This document shows, in pieces, positions 10,619 to 21,237 of a DNA stretch of 64,000 nucleotides. Both the position numbers and the translations under genes were made by a program. Source of the stretch: a virus (Duplodnaviria; Caudoviricetes); the IMG/VR virus record IMGVR_UViG_3300033069_001465. One strand, given 5' to 3'. The notes beneath the pieces were generated by a model that searched no databases, was not told where the DNA came from, and saw only the letters and a program-made list of their open reading frames with translations. Numbering within the stretch: the first letter of the stretch is position 1; each line of letters starts with the position of its first letter.

Positions 10619-11581
10619 TTATAAAAAGTCAATATTATTGAGTTTATTCAAGTTGTATTTAAATTTACTATTATTTAATATTTTGGTTACTATTTCAATA
10701 GTAACTAAATAAATGTTTTCATATGAATCAACTTTATACTCAAATATTTCATAATCAACTTCAATAACAACTCCTGTTATTAACTTTAGTTTATTATCAT
10801 TGTCAAGCCATTCAAATTCAATTTCAGTTCCTTTGTGTATGTTTCTTTGAACAACCTCATTTGAATAATTTTTCTTACCGATATGATCCTGTAATTCATT
10901 TATTATCAAATTTCTCCATTTGTTGTCTAATAATTTAAACATATTAAACAAATTATCTGAAAAATAGACGGATAGTTCATTAAACAATTCAATGTTTGTG
11001 AAATTTTCTTTTTTAAGATGTGTCTTCAATAAATAATAATAGTGATTGAAATCTACTCTAGATGGTTTTCTCCTATTATTTAGGAAACTAATATCAGTAT
11101 GAGCGGATAGAACCTCATATACCTTTTCCTTAACTCTTTTTTCTTTGGTATAATTTTCATTATCAATGGATTCAAACCAATATTGAGAGGCCTTATCTAC
11201 TTCAAATTTTTCATTAAAGAACATGGTATCAAAGTCTTCATTATCGGGAGTTTCTTCTTTTTTACCCTTAAAGATAGAGTCATATTTTAAGCTATGTTTC
11301 CCTTCAATTGTGTGTTTAGATAATACTATATCATTAGACTCATCTTTTTCTTCATCATCAATTTCTTCATCATCTTCTTCAATAAATTCCTCTTCCTTTA
11401 TATCAAAGATTAGATCGTCATCTTCAATTTCTATAACAGAATCAACATGGTCGTCCTCTATAGACTCTTCAATTTCAATTGACTCCTCCTCACCTAAGTC
11501 TTCAATTACTTCCTCTAATTCCTCTTTAATTTCCTCTGATTCGTCAATTATTTCTATCTTCTTTTTCTTTGGCATTTCCAA
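10619..11581 (-). CDS. Hypothetical protein with acidic N-terminus
   Basis: 320 aa; first ~85 aa very Glu/Asp-rich; annotated start is TTG, ATG two codons later is an alternative. Confidence 0.6.
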   Translation of the reverse strand: MEMPKKKKIEIIDESEEIKEELEEVIEDLGEEESIEIEESIEDDHVDSVIEIEDDDLIFDIKEEEFIEEDDEEIDDEEKDESNDIVLSKHTIEGKHSLKYDSIFKGKKEETPDNEDFDTMFFNEKFEVDKASQYWFESIDNENYTKEKRVKEKVYEVLSAHTDISFLNNRRKPSRVDFNHYYYLLKTHLKKENFTNIELFNELSVYFSDNLFNMFKLLDNKWRNLIINELQDHIGKKNYSNEVVQRNIHKGTEIEFEWLDNDNKLKLITGVVIEVDYEIFEYKVDSYENIYLVTIEIVTKILNNSKFKYNLNKLNNIDFL

Positions 11582-11619
11582 TAGTTATTTTTTAATTATA
11601 TTATATCTTTAGGTTATGT

Positions 11620-12960
11620 TTACATAGAATCTAAAAAGACATCATTTTCTAACGTTAGATAAACCGGATTTAAATTAATTCTAACTTGGGATTTTAAAAA
11701 GTCACCATCTCTTTGTTTTAATAATTTAAATCTATAGAGATTCTGACGCTTCATTTCCTCTGTTCTTATTATAGCAAAGAAGGTATCCGCTGTTTCAGCA
11801 ATTGCTTTTGACTCAGGAACTTGCTCTAGTGTTATATCATTAGAATTCCATGCATCCTTAGACACTTGAACTCCAGTTATTAATGGTATTTTATATTTCG
11901 CAGCAATTGCTCTTAGCCCTTCAGCCAATGACTTACCTTTGGAGTATAGATTATCTGTACTCATTCCTTTTTGTGGAGCTATTAAAGTAATGTAGTCTAC
12001 AATAACCAAATCAATTTTGATACCTTTTTTCTCCCTTAATTTGGTTATATAACTATCAAATTCATTAACAGTAGCAGTTCCAGCAGCCCAGAACTTTGTC
12101 ATAATTTTTCCAACTTTCTTTTCGAAAATATCATCGCCAATTCCATTGGATGAACTTTTTAAACTCTGTATCTTTCTCTTAATTGATTCTGTATCTTTTG
12201 ATATTCTATCATAGTCGTTAATAGGTATTTTTAATCTCATAGATCCTATCCTTTTAAGGACCTTGCGTTCACTCATCTCTAATGTTATATAAAGAACATT
12301 ATATCCCATATCAGCGGACCTAGCAGCAAAATTTTGCATCCATAGTGATTTACCATTGTTGGTTTCCGCCATAACCACATTGAGCGTTTGAATATCCCAT
12401 CCACCACCCAACATATGGTCTATTGTTTCAAATCCAGATCTAACTTTAAATTTTGCAGTATCCTGTATGTGTGATTCCGCGTCATCAAAATCGGTTCCCA
12501 TATCCTCATCATGTACAAAACTTGTATTAGACATTTGGTCAACAATTCCTTTAATCTTATTTGCTGATAAAACCGCTTCTTCAAAATCAGTTATTGCATC
12601 TAAGTTTCTAGTTTCATCAATAATATCAATAGTTCCACTTTTTATTCTATTGGATAAAATCCATGCATTCATTTTAGGAACAATGAAATTGTTTTCATCA
12701 TAGTCTTTTAATGTTGTAGTTAAAATAGCTTTAAGTATATCTTTAGTAATAAGTCCTTCTTTATCTTCCAAAGAGACCATTTCAAGTATTTGTTTAGGTG
12801 TAGGAATATCTACTTCAATATTTTTAAGCATATATTTCCTAATAACATTATATACAAATTGTATTTCGTTATTTTTAAAATAAAAGGGTTCTACTATCTC
12901 GAAGTATTTTTTATTGTTGAGTATATAAGCGAAAAATATTTTTTCGAGAGATATGGTCAT
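11620..12960 (-). CDS. Replicative DnaB-like helicase (T4 gp41-like)
   Basis: AETNNGKS Walker A, YITLEMSE, IVDYI, LKQRDG. Confidence 0.9.
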   Translation of the reverse strand: MTISLEKIFFAYILNNKKYFEIVEPFYFKNNEIQFVYNVIRKYMLKNIEVDIPTPKQILEMVSLEDKEGLITKDILKAILTTTLKDYDENNFIVPKMNAWILSNRIKSGTIDIIDETRNLDAITDFEEAVLSANKIKGIVDQMSNTSFVHDEDMGTDFDDAESHIQDTAKFKVRSGFETIDHMLGGGWDIQTLNVVMAETNNGKSLWMQNFAARSADMGYNVLYITLEMSERKVLKRIGSMRLKIPINDYDRISKDTESIKRKIQSLKSSSNGIGDDIFEKKVGKIMTKFWAAGTATVNEFDSYITKLREKKGIKIDLVIVDYITLIAPQKGMSTDNLYSKGKSLAEGLRAIAAKYKIPLITGVQVSKDAWNSNDITLEQVPESKAIAETADTFFAIIRTEEMKRQNLYRFKLLKQRDGDFLKSQVRINLNPVYLTLENDVFLDSM

Positions 12961-13077
12961 TCTTTTTGCATAGTTTTTATATTATATAGGTAGAAAAAAT
13001 TTAAGTTTATTATATATTTCTTCCTAAAATGAATGACCGAGATTAATGTCTTATTTTTCTAAAAATCCGAATAAAAA

Positions 13078-15291
13078 TTATTTTGAGGTATCAATTCCTA
13101 AATCTAAATCAGAATATACTTTATATAATTTATCCTTACTATAATTTGATAATAAGTAGGACTTAAAATCAGAAATATCTATTTCTAGTTTTGAATCATT
13201 TATAAGTTTGTCTAAATTTCTATCAAATACACTACGAATCATATTTCTTAATTCATAAATGGTTAATGCTGATGCGACTTCTGCAACATTCCTTGAAATA
13301 GAATCATTTTTTGAATATAAAAAATTTCTCACTTCTCTATATGAAGAGTTCCAACTATCAGTAAGCATATAATATATATATGATAGTGGCATAAGCTTCA
13401 TCATGATTGTTATTTCACCATCATTCAGGCTATTAGATCCGATGTCTTCTAACATACGTTTAAATCTAATTGGATCAATATTTTTTACTACCTCATCAAT
13501 CGAGTTACCTACAATTTCTTTTAATATTTCATATTTCTCTTTACCTATTTTTTTACTTATTTTTTGATCATTTACATTTTGCCTATATGAGCCATCTGTT
13601 TGATATCTAAAATCATGTAACTCCTTCATAAATTCATCATATTTAATTGTTATTTCCTCAGATGCTTTTATTTCATCTTTTATTTTAAGATAATCAAAAT
13701 AAAAATTAATATCTAACCTTTCAATATAGTTAGTAGGATAAACATATCTATCTGTCTCTTCAACCGGAATATTAAAAAAATCTGATGTTTCTTTGGTTAT
13801 AAAATAATCATTTCTTGATGTGTATGGTATTTTAAGTTCGTCAACAATTTTTGAAAATTCATCTTGATCTTTAACTTTATATACCTTAAAGCAAATGAAA
13901 TTTGGATAGTTATATCCCCATATATCAGATATCTTAAGTTTCACATCATAATTTCTAGCAGAATAAACCGGGCTATTTGTAGCACGGAAATATTCATCTC
14001 CATTTTTAAGCATCTCTTCTGATTTTGTACAGGATTGGTAATTACGCATATCATGATAAATACCCAATGTTGTAGTTTTGGTACCAATGTATTCGGTTAT
14101 AACGTCAACTAAGTAGCTGGTAGGTATTACTCCATATTTTGGATGATCCACAGCAATTTTATTAGGAATCCAATCGTCCATTGCTTTAGAGTAAATAACT
14201 TCTTTCTCCAAATAATATGATCCGGTATAATTGCTATATTTTGCATCCTTTTTATAAATATATGAGTCTAATGATTCTATAAAAACAGCATCATCTCTCT
14301 TTATATAAACGTCTAGACTAACTGAATATCTATGTGTTTTTATGTCTTCCCTTCCAGCAGTATCTAATAATTCAGATATAACAAAATTAGGATATTCACT
14401 ACTTTTATTGACATTTGATACCATTCCATCTCCTGTTATTTTACCTCCTTCTAATCTTTTATATAAGCAGTTAAAAGTATCAGCGTAAGGATATTCATCA
14501 AACTTAACATTTTCTAATTTACACATCATTTCGCCACCTCCAATTTTCGAGTGTGACGCAAATATGTTTTCATCTCCTTTGGCAATGTTTTCGAAGACCC
14601 AATCATGCACATATCTATAATCGCTATCATTTTTATAATAGACCCTATCTAAGTATATTTTTTTACCATTTGTTGATTGATCTAATTTCCATAATAAGGC
14701 CCTTGCTATCAATTTATTATCCTCGGTTAGTATGACCATAGATATTTTATTTGGATTAGATGCATATATTTTCATGTATTTATTCTTTTCAGGAAATCTC
14801 ATACATGAGTTGCCTAGTGTTCCACCACTTCCATAATAGTGATCTTGATTATACCAATACAATATCTTATCACCATTAACTATTTCTATTTTTCTATTTG
14901 TAGAATTTCTCTTATCCCACTCTGCCTTAAATTGATTAACAAATTCCTCAATTTGAGCATCTGTTACATTGGATCCATTATCCATTAATAACTGACGAAC
15001 CATTCGACCAATCTTAGATTTGCTTTTGGTTTTAGTCCATGGATTTTCACCCTTTTCTTTAAATCTTTGATATTGACTATCTGGTAGAAATGAAATTTCA
15101 TCATTTTTATCAGATAGTCCTATTAAGTTATAGTTTGTTTTAACATCATGCTTTCCAACAATTACACCATATAGCTTATTACCAATTGCAGTGTTAGTCA
15201 TACCACCTAGAATAGATAGAAAATCAGCAGAACTAACCATCACTGATTCTAATAATTTGTCAATTAAAAAATTACTATATTTACTAATCAT
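13078..15291 (-). CDS. Uncharacterised 'SCM'-motif protein, paralog 1
   Basis: GTLGNSCMR, ARALLW, YLDRVY, YPYADT; leader MISKYSNFL...LLES. Confidence 0.7.
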   Translation of the reverse strand: MISKYSNFLIDKLLESVMVSSADFLSILGGMTNTAIGNKLYGVIVGKHDVKTNYNLIGLSDKNDEISFLPDSQYQRFKEKGENPWTKTKSKSKIGRMVRQLLMDNGSNVTDAQIEEFVNQFKAEWDKRNSTNRKIEIVNGDKILYWYNQDHYYGSGGTLGNSCMRFPEKNKYMKIYASNPNKISMVILTEDNKLIARALLWKLDQSTNGKKIYLDRVYYKNDSDYRYVHDWVFENIAKGDENIFASHSKIGGGEMMCKLENVKFDEYPYADTFNCLYKRLEGGKITGDGMVSNVNKSSEYPNFVISELLDTAGREDIKTHRYSVSLDVYIKRDDAVFIESLDSYIYKKDAKYSNYTGSYYLEKEVIYSKAMDDWIPNKIAVDHPKYGVIPTSYLVDVITEYIGTKTTTLGIYHDMRNYQSCTKSEEMLKNGDEYFRATNSPVYSARNYDVKLKISDIWGYNYPNFICFKVYKVKDQDEFSKIVDELKIPYTSRNDYFITKETSDFFNIPVEETDRYVYPTNYIERLDINFYFDYLKIKDEIKASEEITIKYDEFMKELHDFRYQTDGSYRQNVNDQKISKKIGKEKYEILKEIVGNSIDEVVKNIDPIRFKRMLEDIGSNSLNDGEITIMMKLMPLSYIYYMLTDSWNSSYREVRNFLYSKNDSISRNVAEVASALTIYELRNMIRSVFDRNLDKLINDSKLEIDISDFKSYLLSNYSKDKLYKVYSDLDLGIDTSK

Positions 15292-16087
15292 GTTCTTTAA
15301 TTAATTTATCGTTTTCTATATTATCATAATCTACATCTATATATTCAGGATGTGGATACTTTTTTAATATAGGGTCATCAACATCATTGACATGTTTGAA
15401 TATGTCTTTTTTATTTATTTTTAACTTATCCTTTAGTAAATCAATTAGATAATTCAATCCATGCTTTGCGGCGAGGGTAGTTACTCCTAATCCTAATGAT
15501 AAGAAATTAGATGGCAAGGTTTCTAGATTCATATCATATTTACCAATCATATAAGAAATAGCATTTAATACAGGTATTAAAAGCGATGTATATCCAAACA
15601 TATCAAAGAATCCATTTATAACATGTCTTTTATTTTTGAATAGTATTTTAAATATATTACCCATTGATTTAATACACGATACTAATTTTTTGACAATTCC
15701 ATTTCCGACTCCTCTTAGTTTTAGTTCTTCTAACATGGATTTAGCATCCTTTTCTAACTTTTTTCTTTCTTGTAATTCTTTATGCTCTTCTAAATAGGCA
15801 ATTGTCATTCCAGCAATTGTCATTAAAACAATTGTTTCTGATGTCAAGTCTATATTCAGACTCATATTGGCAACTAATTTGTTTACTACAGGAAACATTG
15901 ACTGCATACCCACCCCAAATGTTAAAACCATTTGAACGTTTAACTTTAAGTCACTTACTATCTTTTTAAGAACAGTATCATATTCTGTCTTTTCAGATTC
16001 ATTTATTGTATCATTTCCAATAATATTTAGAAATTCTTCTGCCATATCTATGGTCTTACTGTGATCAGAATATCTTAAAAGTTTCAT
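15284..16087 (-). CDS. Putative membrane protein with capsid-targeting-like leader
   Basis: Several hydrophobic segments; MKLLRYSDH...TINES; late motif at 16093-16101. Confidence 0.55.
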   Translation of the reverse strand: MKLLRYSDHSKTIDMAEEFLNIIGNDTINESEKTEYDTVLKKIVSDLKLNVQMVLTFGVGMQSMFPVVNKLVANMSLNIDLTSETIVLMTIAGMTIAYLEEHKELQERKKLEKDAKSMLEELKLRGVGNGIVKKLVSCIKSMGNIFKILFKNKRHVINGFFDMFGYTSLLIPVLNAISYMIGKYDMNLETLPSNFLSLGLGVTTLAAKHGLNYLIDLLKDKLKINKKDIFKHVNDVDDPILKKYPHPEYIDVDYDNIENDKLIKEHD

Positions 16088-16160
16088 ATGAGTATATATT
16101 AAGAAAATCTTTTTGATTTTTCAAATCTAATATATAATATACAAAAACAAATAAAAAATT

Positions 16161-16463
16161 ATGAAATATTTAAAAACGTTTGAGACATTCGGAATTAATA
16201 AAGCATACGCAGTTGAAGAACTTTTAGATGAGGAAGTTTTTAATGAAAAATGTCCTGACTGTAATTGCAATTGTGATGAATGTGATTGTGATGAATGTGA
16301 TTGCAAAAATTGTCAAGGGGAGAGTGTTACTGAAAAAAAGAAAGCACCAAAGAAAGAAAAGGAAGATAAAGAAGATAAGCATGTAAAGAAAAAGGGATTA
16401 ACCGCTAAACAAAAGAAATTACCAGAAGCTTTTCAAAAAGCAATTTTAGCTAAACAAAAGTAA
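16161..16463 (+). CDS. Small Cys-rich/Lys-rich protein with capsid-targeting-like leader
   Basis: MKYLKTFETF; CPDCNCNCDECDCDECDCKNC; basic tail. Confidence 0.7.
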   Translation: MKYLKTFETFGINKAYAVEELLDEEVFNEKCPDCNCNCDECDCDECDCKNCQGESVTEKKKAPKKEKEDKEDKHVKKKGLTAKQKKLPEAFQKAILAKQK

Positions 16464-16487
16464 ACTGATAATTTTAAAAATATAACC

Positions 16488-16516
16488 AAGCCACTTTTTT
16501 TAAGTGGCTTTTTTTA
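16488..16516 (+). terminator. Intrinsic terminator
   Basis: AAGCCACTT-loop-AAGTGGCTT followed by a T run, between convergent genes. Confidence 0.75.
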
Positions 16517-16551
16517 TATTAACGTAGTAAATTTCAATTGTGGTAAGTTAA

Positions 16552-18210
16552 TTATTTTACATCTATCTTCTTAATTGACTCCTGTACCCAATTAGGGATA
16601 TACTGAGAACTATATCTTAATACATCAGAGAAAGACCCATCAATAATTATAGTGTCTGCATGGTCTGTTTTACTTCTTACAGAACGACCTGTCATTTGTA
16701 ATAATCCACAAACCGTTTTCCAAGCATACCATTCTGGATTATTTTTTTGCCTTAACTTATTCTTTTGTGAAGCTAAGCTTGGATATGGAATTTTAGCAAT
16801 AATTTGAAATCTACTTTTATCATGGTCAAAAGATACTCCTGTTCCAACAGATGGACTAACAATTACTGTATCATCTTCTGAATCAAAGTGGTTTTGTAAT
16901 GCCTCATTTTTATCCTCTGAAGTATGAAATACTAATCTGCTATTTCCAACATCATTTTTAATCCAATCCGCCAATTCAAATGAATTAGTATGTATGATTC
17001 CTTTTTTACCTTTATATTTATTTAATAATTTATCAATAAATGGAACATACTTTTTAAAAGTTTCTTCTTTTTGAGTATAACTCATTTTTCCAACTGGCAT
17101 ATAATAAATAGGCCTATTTTTTATCGGAAATGGAGAAGACATTGAATAATATGATGTTTTGGATACATCTATACCATTTAAAGTAGTAAATATTTGCTTA
17201 TTTAAAATTGTTCCAGACATCAAAATAACCATATCATAATTACACCAAACATATTTATTTAGGTAATCATAAGCCCATATTGGTTCTAATGATAATTCAT
17301 TTTGATTTGTTTTTGGATTTACAGATGTTTCTAATACCCAATTGTCTGGATTTTCTTTATATTCTTTTAGAAAAATTTCAATTTTTAATTGATATTGCTT
17401 TAAGTCAGATATTATTTGAAATAATTTTAAATCTTGATTAACACCACCAGTTATCTTAGCAATTTTTAAATCCCTTTTATCCGATAATGGACTTCTTCCG
17501 CCTCCCATTGATTTATCAATAGCATCAATTGTTTCGACAATTTCGACATTTAACTGTGTTAGAAATTCTATATAACTTTTAATATTTTTAACCTTATTAA
17601 AATCCTTGATAATTTGATACTCATTAGTAAATTTCATTCTTTTAATTATACCTTCTGTCATTTTAATAGAAATGAAATCACTCATAACATCATCAAATTC
17701 ATGAGCTTCATCCACTATTAATACTTTTGATCCTCTACTTTCTAATATTTTAGGACTATAGATTGCGTATATTAAATATAAATAGAAATTAGTTAAAGAA
17801 ACCTTACCACCAATATATCCTTGTTTGGCACTATCATATGGACAAAAATCACATTTTGTTTTATTGAGTTTGTTAAATTCCATACCTTGAGCACAACTAC
17901 AAGCATATTGACTACATTTATAGTTTTCTTTACCTTTTAAATCACTAATAGATTCATAAAAGTTGGAATATTGATCCTGTAATATTTTGCTCGCGGTTAC
18001 TATATCTATTTTAGCATCTTTATTAATTTTACTAAGATAAAAATCAGATATCATCATGGATAGATGGCTCTTTCCAACTCCTGTTGGTAGGTTTAAAAGA
18101 AAAAATTTCATATCTGGCTTTTTTTCCAAGACATTGGATATAAAATTTAGAACATCTATTTGGCCTTCTCGTGGAGAAAACTTATTTAAATCATTTTTAA
18201 TATTTGACAT
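16552..18210 (-). CDS. DinG/XPD-family SF2 helicase
   Basis: PREGQ Q-motif, PTGVGKS, LKGKENYKC Cys cluster, DEAH, MSGT, QMTGRSVRS. Confidence 0.85.
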   Translation of the reverse strand: MSNIKNDLNKFSPREGQIDVLNFISNVLEKKPDMKFFLLNLPTGVGKSHLSMMISDFYLSKINKDAKIDIVTASKILQDQYSNFYESISDLKGKENYKCSQYACSCAQGMEFNKLNKTKCDFCPYDSAKQGYIGGKVSLTNFYLYLIYAIYSPKILESRGSKVLIVDEAHEFDDVMSDFISIKMTEGIIKRMKFTNEYQIIKDFNKVKNIKSYIEFLTQLNVEIVETIDAIDKSMGGGRSPLSDKRDLKIAKITGGVNQDLKLFQIISDLKQYQLKIEIFLKEYKENPDNWVLETSVNPKTNQNELSLEPIWAYDYLNKYVWCNYDMVILMSGTILNKQIFTTLNGIDVSKTSYYSMSSPFPIKNRPIYYMPVGKMSYTQKEETFKKYVPFIDKLLNKYKGKKGIIHTNSFELADWIKNDVGNSRLVFHTSEDKNEALQNHFDSEDDTVIVSPSVGTGVSFDHDKSRFQIIAKIPYPSLASQKNKLRQKNNPEWYAWKTVCGLLQMTGRSVRSKTDHADTIIIDGSFSDVLRYSSQYIPNWVQESIKKIDVK

Positions 18211-18286
18211 ATCTGTTATATGTTAAAAAGAGATTATGTTTTACAGCAAGTAATTTTTTACATTATCAATATTTAATATATATGGT

Positions 18287-19360
18287 ATGAGAAGAATTGG
18301 AAAAGAGGAATTTTATCTAAGATGTAGTGAATCCCAAAAAAGCAAATATGACTATTCACTAGTAAATTATAAAAATAATAGAACTAATATTATAATAATA
18401 TGTCCAAATCATGGAAAATTTGAACAATTACCATCTGTTCACCTTAGGGGAAATGGATGTCCTAAATGCTCTGGAAATTATAAACATAGCAATGAGGAAT
18501 TTATTGATCGAATAAAATTGATATTTGGTGATAAAATTAAATATCATCTTATAAGATATTCTGGACTCAAAAGTAAGGTAAAAATAGAGTGTCCAACACA
18601 TGGTATTATGGAAAAATTTCCACAGTCATTATTAAAGGGATCTGGATGTAGTATTTGTGAGACAAAAAATTATAAAATAAATACAAAAATATTTATTGAG
18701 AGGTCGATTAATATACATGGATGTAAATATGATTATAGTAGATCACTATATGTAAATGACTCAACACCATTGGATATAATTTGTTCTAAACATGGAGTTT
18801 TTACACAGGTGCCAAATATTCATCTATCTGGACATGGGTGTATTTTTTGTAGTGGTAGATATAGATATACCAATGAAGAATTTATAAAAAGAGCAAACCT
18901 TATACACGGAAATAAGTTCGATTACTCCTTGGTAGACTATAAAAATGCTCATATAAAAATTAAAATAATTTGTAATTTACATGGAATATTTAACCAAAAA
19001 CCAAACGGACATTTATTAGGAAGGGGTTGTCCATCATGTAAAGAAAGTAAGGGAGAAATTAAAATATTAAAATTTTTGAGTGAGAAAAATATAACCTTTG
19101 AAAGGCAAAAAACATTTAAAGAGTGCAGATATAAATCATTATTGTTTTTTGATTTTTTTATTCCATCTAAAAATTTGTGTATAGAATATGATGGGGAGTT
19201 TCACTTTCGTCCGATTTTTGGGAAAAAATTATTTCAATCTATGGTTATTAGAGACTCTATAAAAAATAAATTTTGCGTTGATAATAATATTGAATTATTG
19301 AGAATATCATATAGAAATATAGATGATATAGATAAAATATTATCAAATAAATTGATTTAA
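18287..19360 (+). CDS. Homing-endonuclease-like protein (DUF723-type repeats plus Vsr-like nuclease)
   Basis: Four C-x2-HG repeats; SKGE, FDFF, IEYDGEFH. Confidence 0.75.
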   Translation: MRRIGKEEFYLRCSESQKSKYDYSLVNYKNNRTNIIIICPNHGKFEQLPSVHLRGNGCPKCSGNYKHSNEEFIDRIKLIFGDKIKYHLIRYSGLKSKVKIECPTHGIMEKFPQSLLKGSGCSICETKNYKINTKIFIERSINIHGCKYDYSRSLYVNDSTPLDIICSKHGVFTQVPNIHLSGHGCIFCSGRYRYTNEEFIKRANLIHGNKFDYSLVDYKNAHIKIKIICNLHGIFNQKPNGHLLGRGCPSCKESKGEIKILKFLSEKNITFERQKTFKECRYKSLLFFDFFIPSKNLCIEYDGEFHFRPIFGKKLFQSMVIRDSIKNKFCVDNNIELLRISYRNIDDIDKILSNKLI

Positions 19361-19371
19361 TATATAGACAT

Positions 19372-20781
19372 ATGAAGATAAGAAAATTTTCTCAATTTAA
19401 TGAATCCTCATCTAATTTTTATACTGAACTAACATATGATCAATATTTTGAGAACTTTAATAATTTGGTGAAATTCTATAAAAGTGACTACGAATTTATA
19501 GTTAATCTAATATCCAAAGACTATAAAATAGAATATAGAATAAATAATGCTCATGTTTTTAAAGATGATGAATGTGGATATACTAATCAAGCTCCACAAA
19601 TTATGATGATTGGGAAGGATAAAACTTATGTAATATCTAAAAAAAGGGATGAGTATTTTATAGTTGAAATATGTAATACTGATGACATTAAGTACTCAAA
19701 TAGAAAAGGAACATACTACTATTGTGACCAATTAGATGGATTATCTAAACTTTTAACAATTAAAGGTGTTACCAATAAAGTAAATGAGTCAGTAATAGAT
19801 ACTAAAAATAAATGGTTTGATGATATAAAAGATTTATTTCAAACATATGTTGATGAATATAAATTAAATAAAGTTGGAATATTAACACCAATAAATGATA
19901 TGAAAGAATATGATTATAAATTTATTCCAAAAAAATTCGAGGTGGAAATTATAATAAATGGTAGTATACCAAATATTAAGAATTATGTTAATAGAATAAA
20001 TAAATTTGGATATAAATCAATCATTGAAGAAAATATATCTCCAAGTAAACCATATAATCAAAAATTTAAATTTATTAAAATTTTTGTTATAAATCCATCC
20101 GCAACTAGGGCAAACGTCCGCCATTATTTATTAGAATCAAAAAAGGACGATACTTTATACATATTCGATCTAGATGATACATTAGTTTTAAATCCAAGAT
20201 TTGAAGAGTTGGCAATTGAGTATCTTAAAGAGGATGTTACTATTCGTTCATTACTACAATCATCTAATAGGAAAATTGGAGTAACGATGGATAAATTAAA
20301 ATGGGAAAATGGTAAAATATATGTTGAAGATCCTAATCAAGAAATAGAAATTAAAGGAAACTGGGTTAGAAAGGGAAAAAGAGTTTATCTAATTCCGCCG
20401 GATCGGTTCTACTTTACAAATATGAGTCTACCAATCAATACAACAAATCTATCAGAATTTTATAATAGTGTTGAGAATAAAGCTATAGTTACTGGTAGAG
20501 CAAATGATATCAAACACAAAATAATTGATTCTTTAAATAAATTTGATTTAGAAATGCCAAATTATGGATTACATTGTTATCCAGCAAAAGCACAAACTAG
20601 TGATAAAGTGGCATTATGGAAAGCTAAAACAATAATTGAGCTTATAAAAAATTCAGGATTTAAAAAAGTTGAATTTTATGATGATAACTCAAAATGGGTA
20701 AATAAAGTAACTGCGATGGTTAAAAAAGAGCTACCGGATATAAATTGGAGTGGCATAAAATATAAACATAAAAATGGATAA
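19372..20781 (+). CDS. Multidomain protein: CDQ domain, unknown domain, HAD phosphatase
   Basis: YYCDQLDGL; IFDLDDTLV, VTGR, WKAK, FYDD HAD motifs. Confidence 0.7.
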   Translation: MKIRKFSQFNESSSNFYTELTYDQYFENFNNLVKFYKSDYEFIVNLISKDYKIEYRINNAHVFKDDECGYTNQAPQIMMIGKDKTYVISKKRDEYFIVEICNTDDIKYSNRKGTYYYCDQLDGLSKLLTIKGVTNKVNESVIDTKNKWFDDIKDLFQTYVDEYKLNKVGILTPINDMKEYDYKFIPKKFEVEIIINGSIPNIKNYVNRINKFGYKSIIEENISPSKPYNQKFKFIKIFVINPSATRANVRHYLLESKKDDTLYIFDLDDTLVLNPRFEELAIEYLKEDVTIRSLLQSSNRKIGVTMDKLKWENGKIYVEDPNQEIEIKGNWVRKGKRVYLIPPDRFYFTNMSLPINTTNLSEFYNSVENKAIVTGRANDIKHKIIDSLNKFDLEMPNYGLHCYPAKAQTSDKVALWKAKTIIELIKNSGFKKVEFYDDNSKWVNKVTAMVKKELPDINWSGIKYKHKNG

Positions 20782-21013
20782 TTTTTTAAAGTATTTATAT
20801 GATAAAATACCAATGGAGAAAGAATCTCTCAAATATGATGATAGAAATATTATTAAAATTATAACTAAAAAAATTGGAAAAGGTGAAATATCATATCATC
20901 TAAAAACAATAGCAGAAGTTTATAAAATTTCAGGCGAAATCGTAGAATATTTAGCTAAAGTATCAGAAGTAACCGTTCACATATTAGCTGAGGAGATAAT
21001 TATAGTTTATTAA
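20774..21013 (+). CDS. Hypothetical protein
   Basis: 79 aa ORF coupled to the upstream gene. Confidence 0.5.
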   Translation: MDNFLKYLYDKIPMEKESLKYDDRNIIKIITKKIGKGEISYHLKTIAEVYKISGEIVEYLAKVSEVTVHILAEEIIIVY

Positions 21014-21183
21014 TCTTTTATTGACTTTTCTAATGAGTGTGATATGAAGTCTTTCATCTTCAAATTATTATTCAGACAGTATTCCTTAATTTTTTTATGT
21101 AAACTTTTTGATACCTGAATGTAAGTCTTATCAGAGTTATATCTCTTTCTGGATATTTTTTTAATTTCTTTGTATTTTTCCAT
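21010..21183 (-). CDS. Small ribbon-helix-helix-like protein (not in ORF track)
   Basis: Hand translation, 57 aa: MEKYKEIKK...KTYIQVSKSLHKKIKEYCLNNNLKMKDFISHSLEKSIKD. Confidence 0.55.
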   Translation of the reverse strand: MEKYKEIKKISRKRYNSDKTYIQVSKSLHKKIKEYCLNNNLKMKDFISHSLEKSIKD

Positions 21184-21237
21184 AAGGGAATAAGTTATTT
21201 TTAATATATAATTATAGTACTAAAAAGAAAATAAGTT

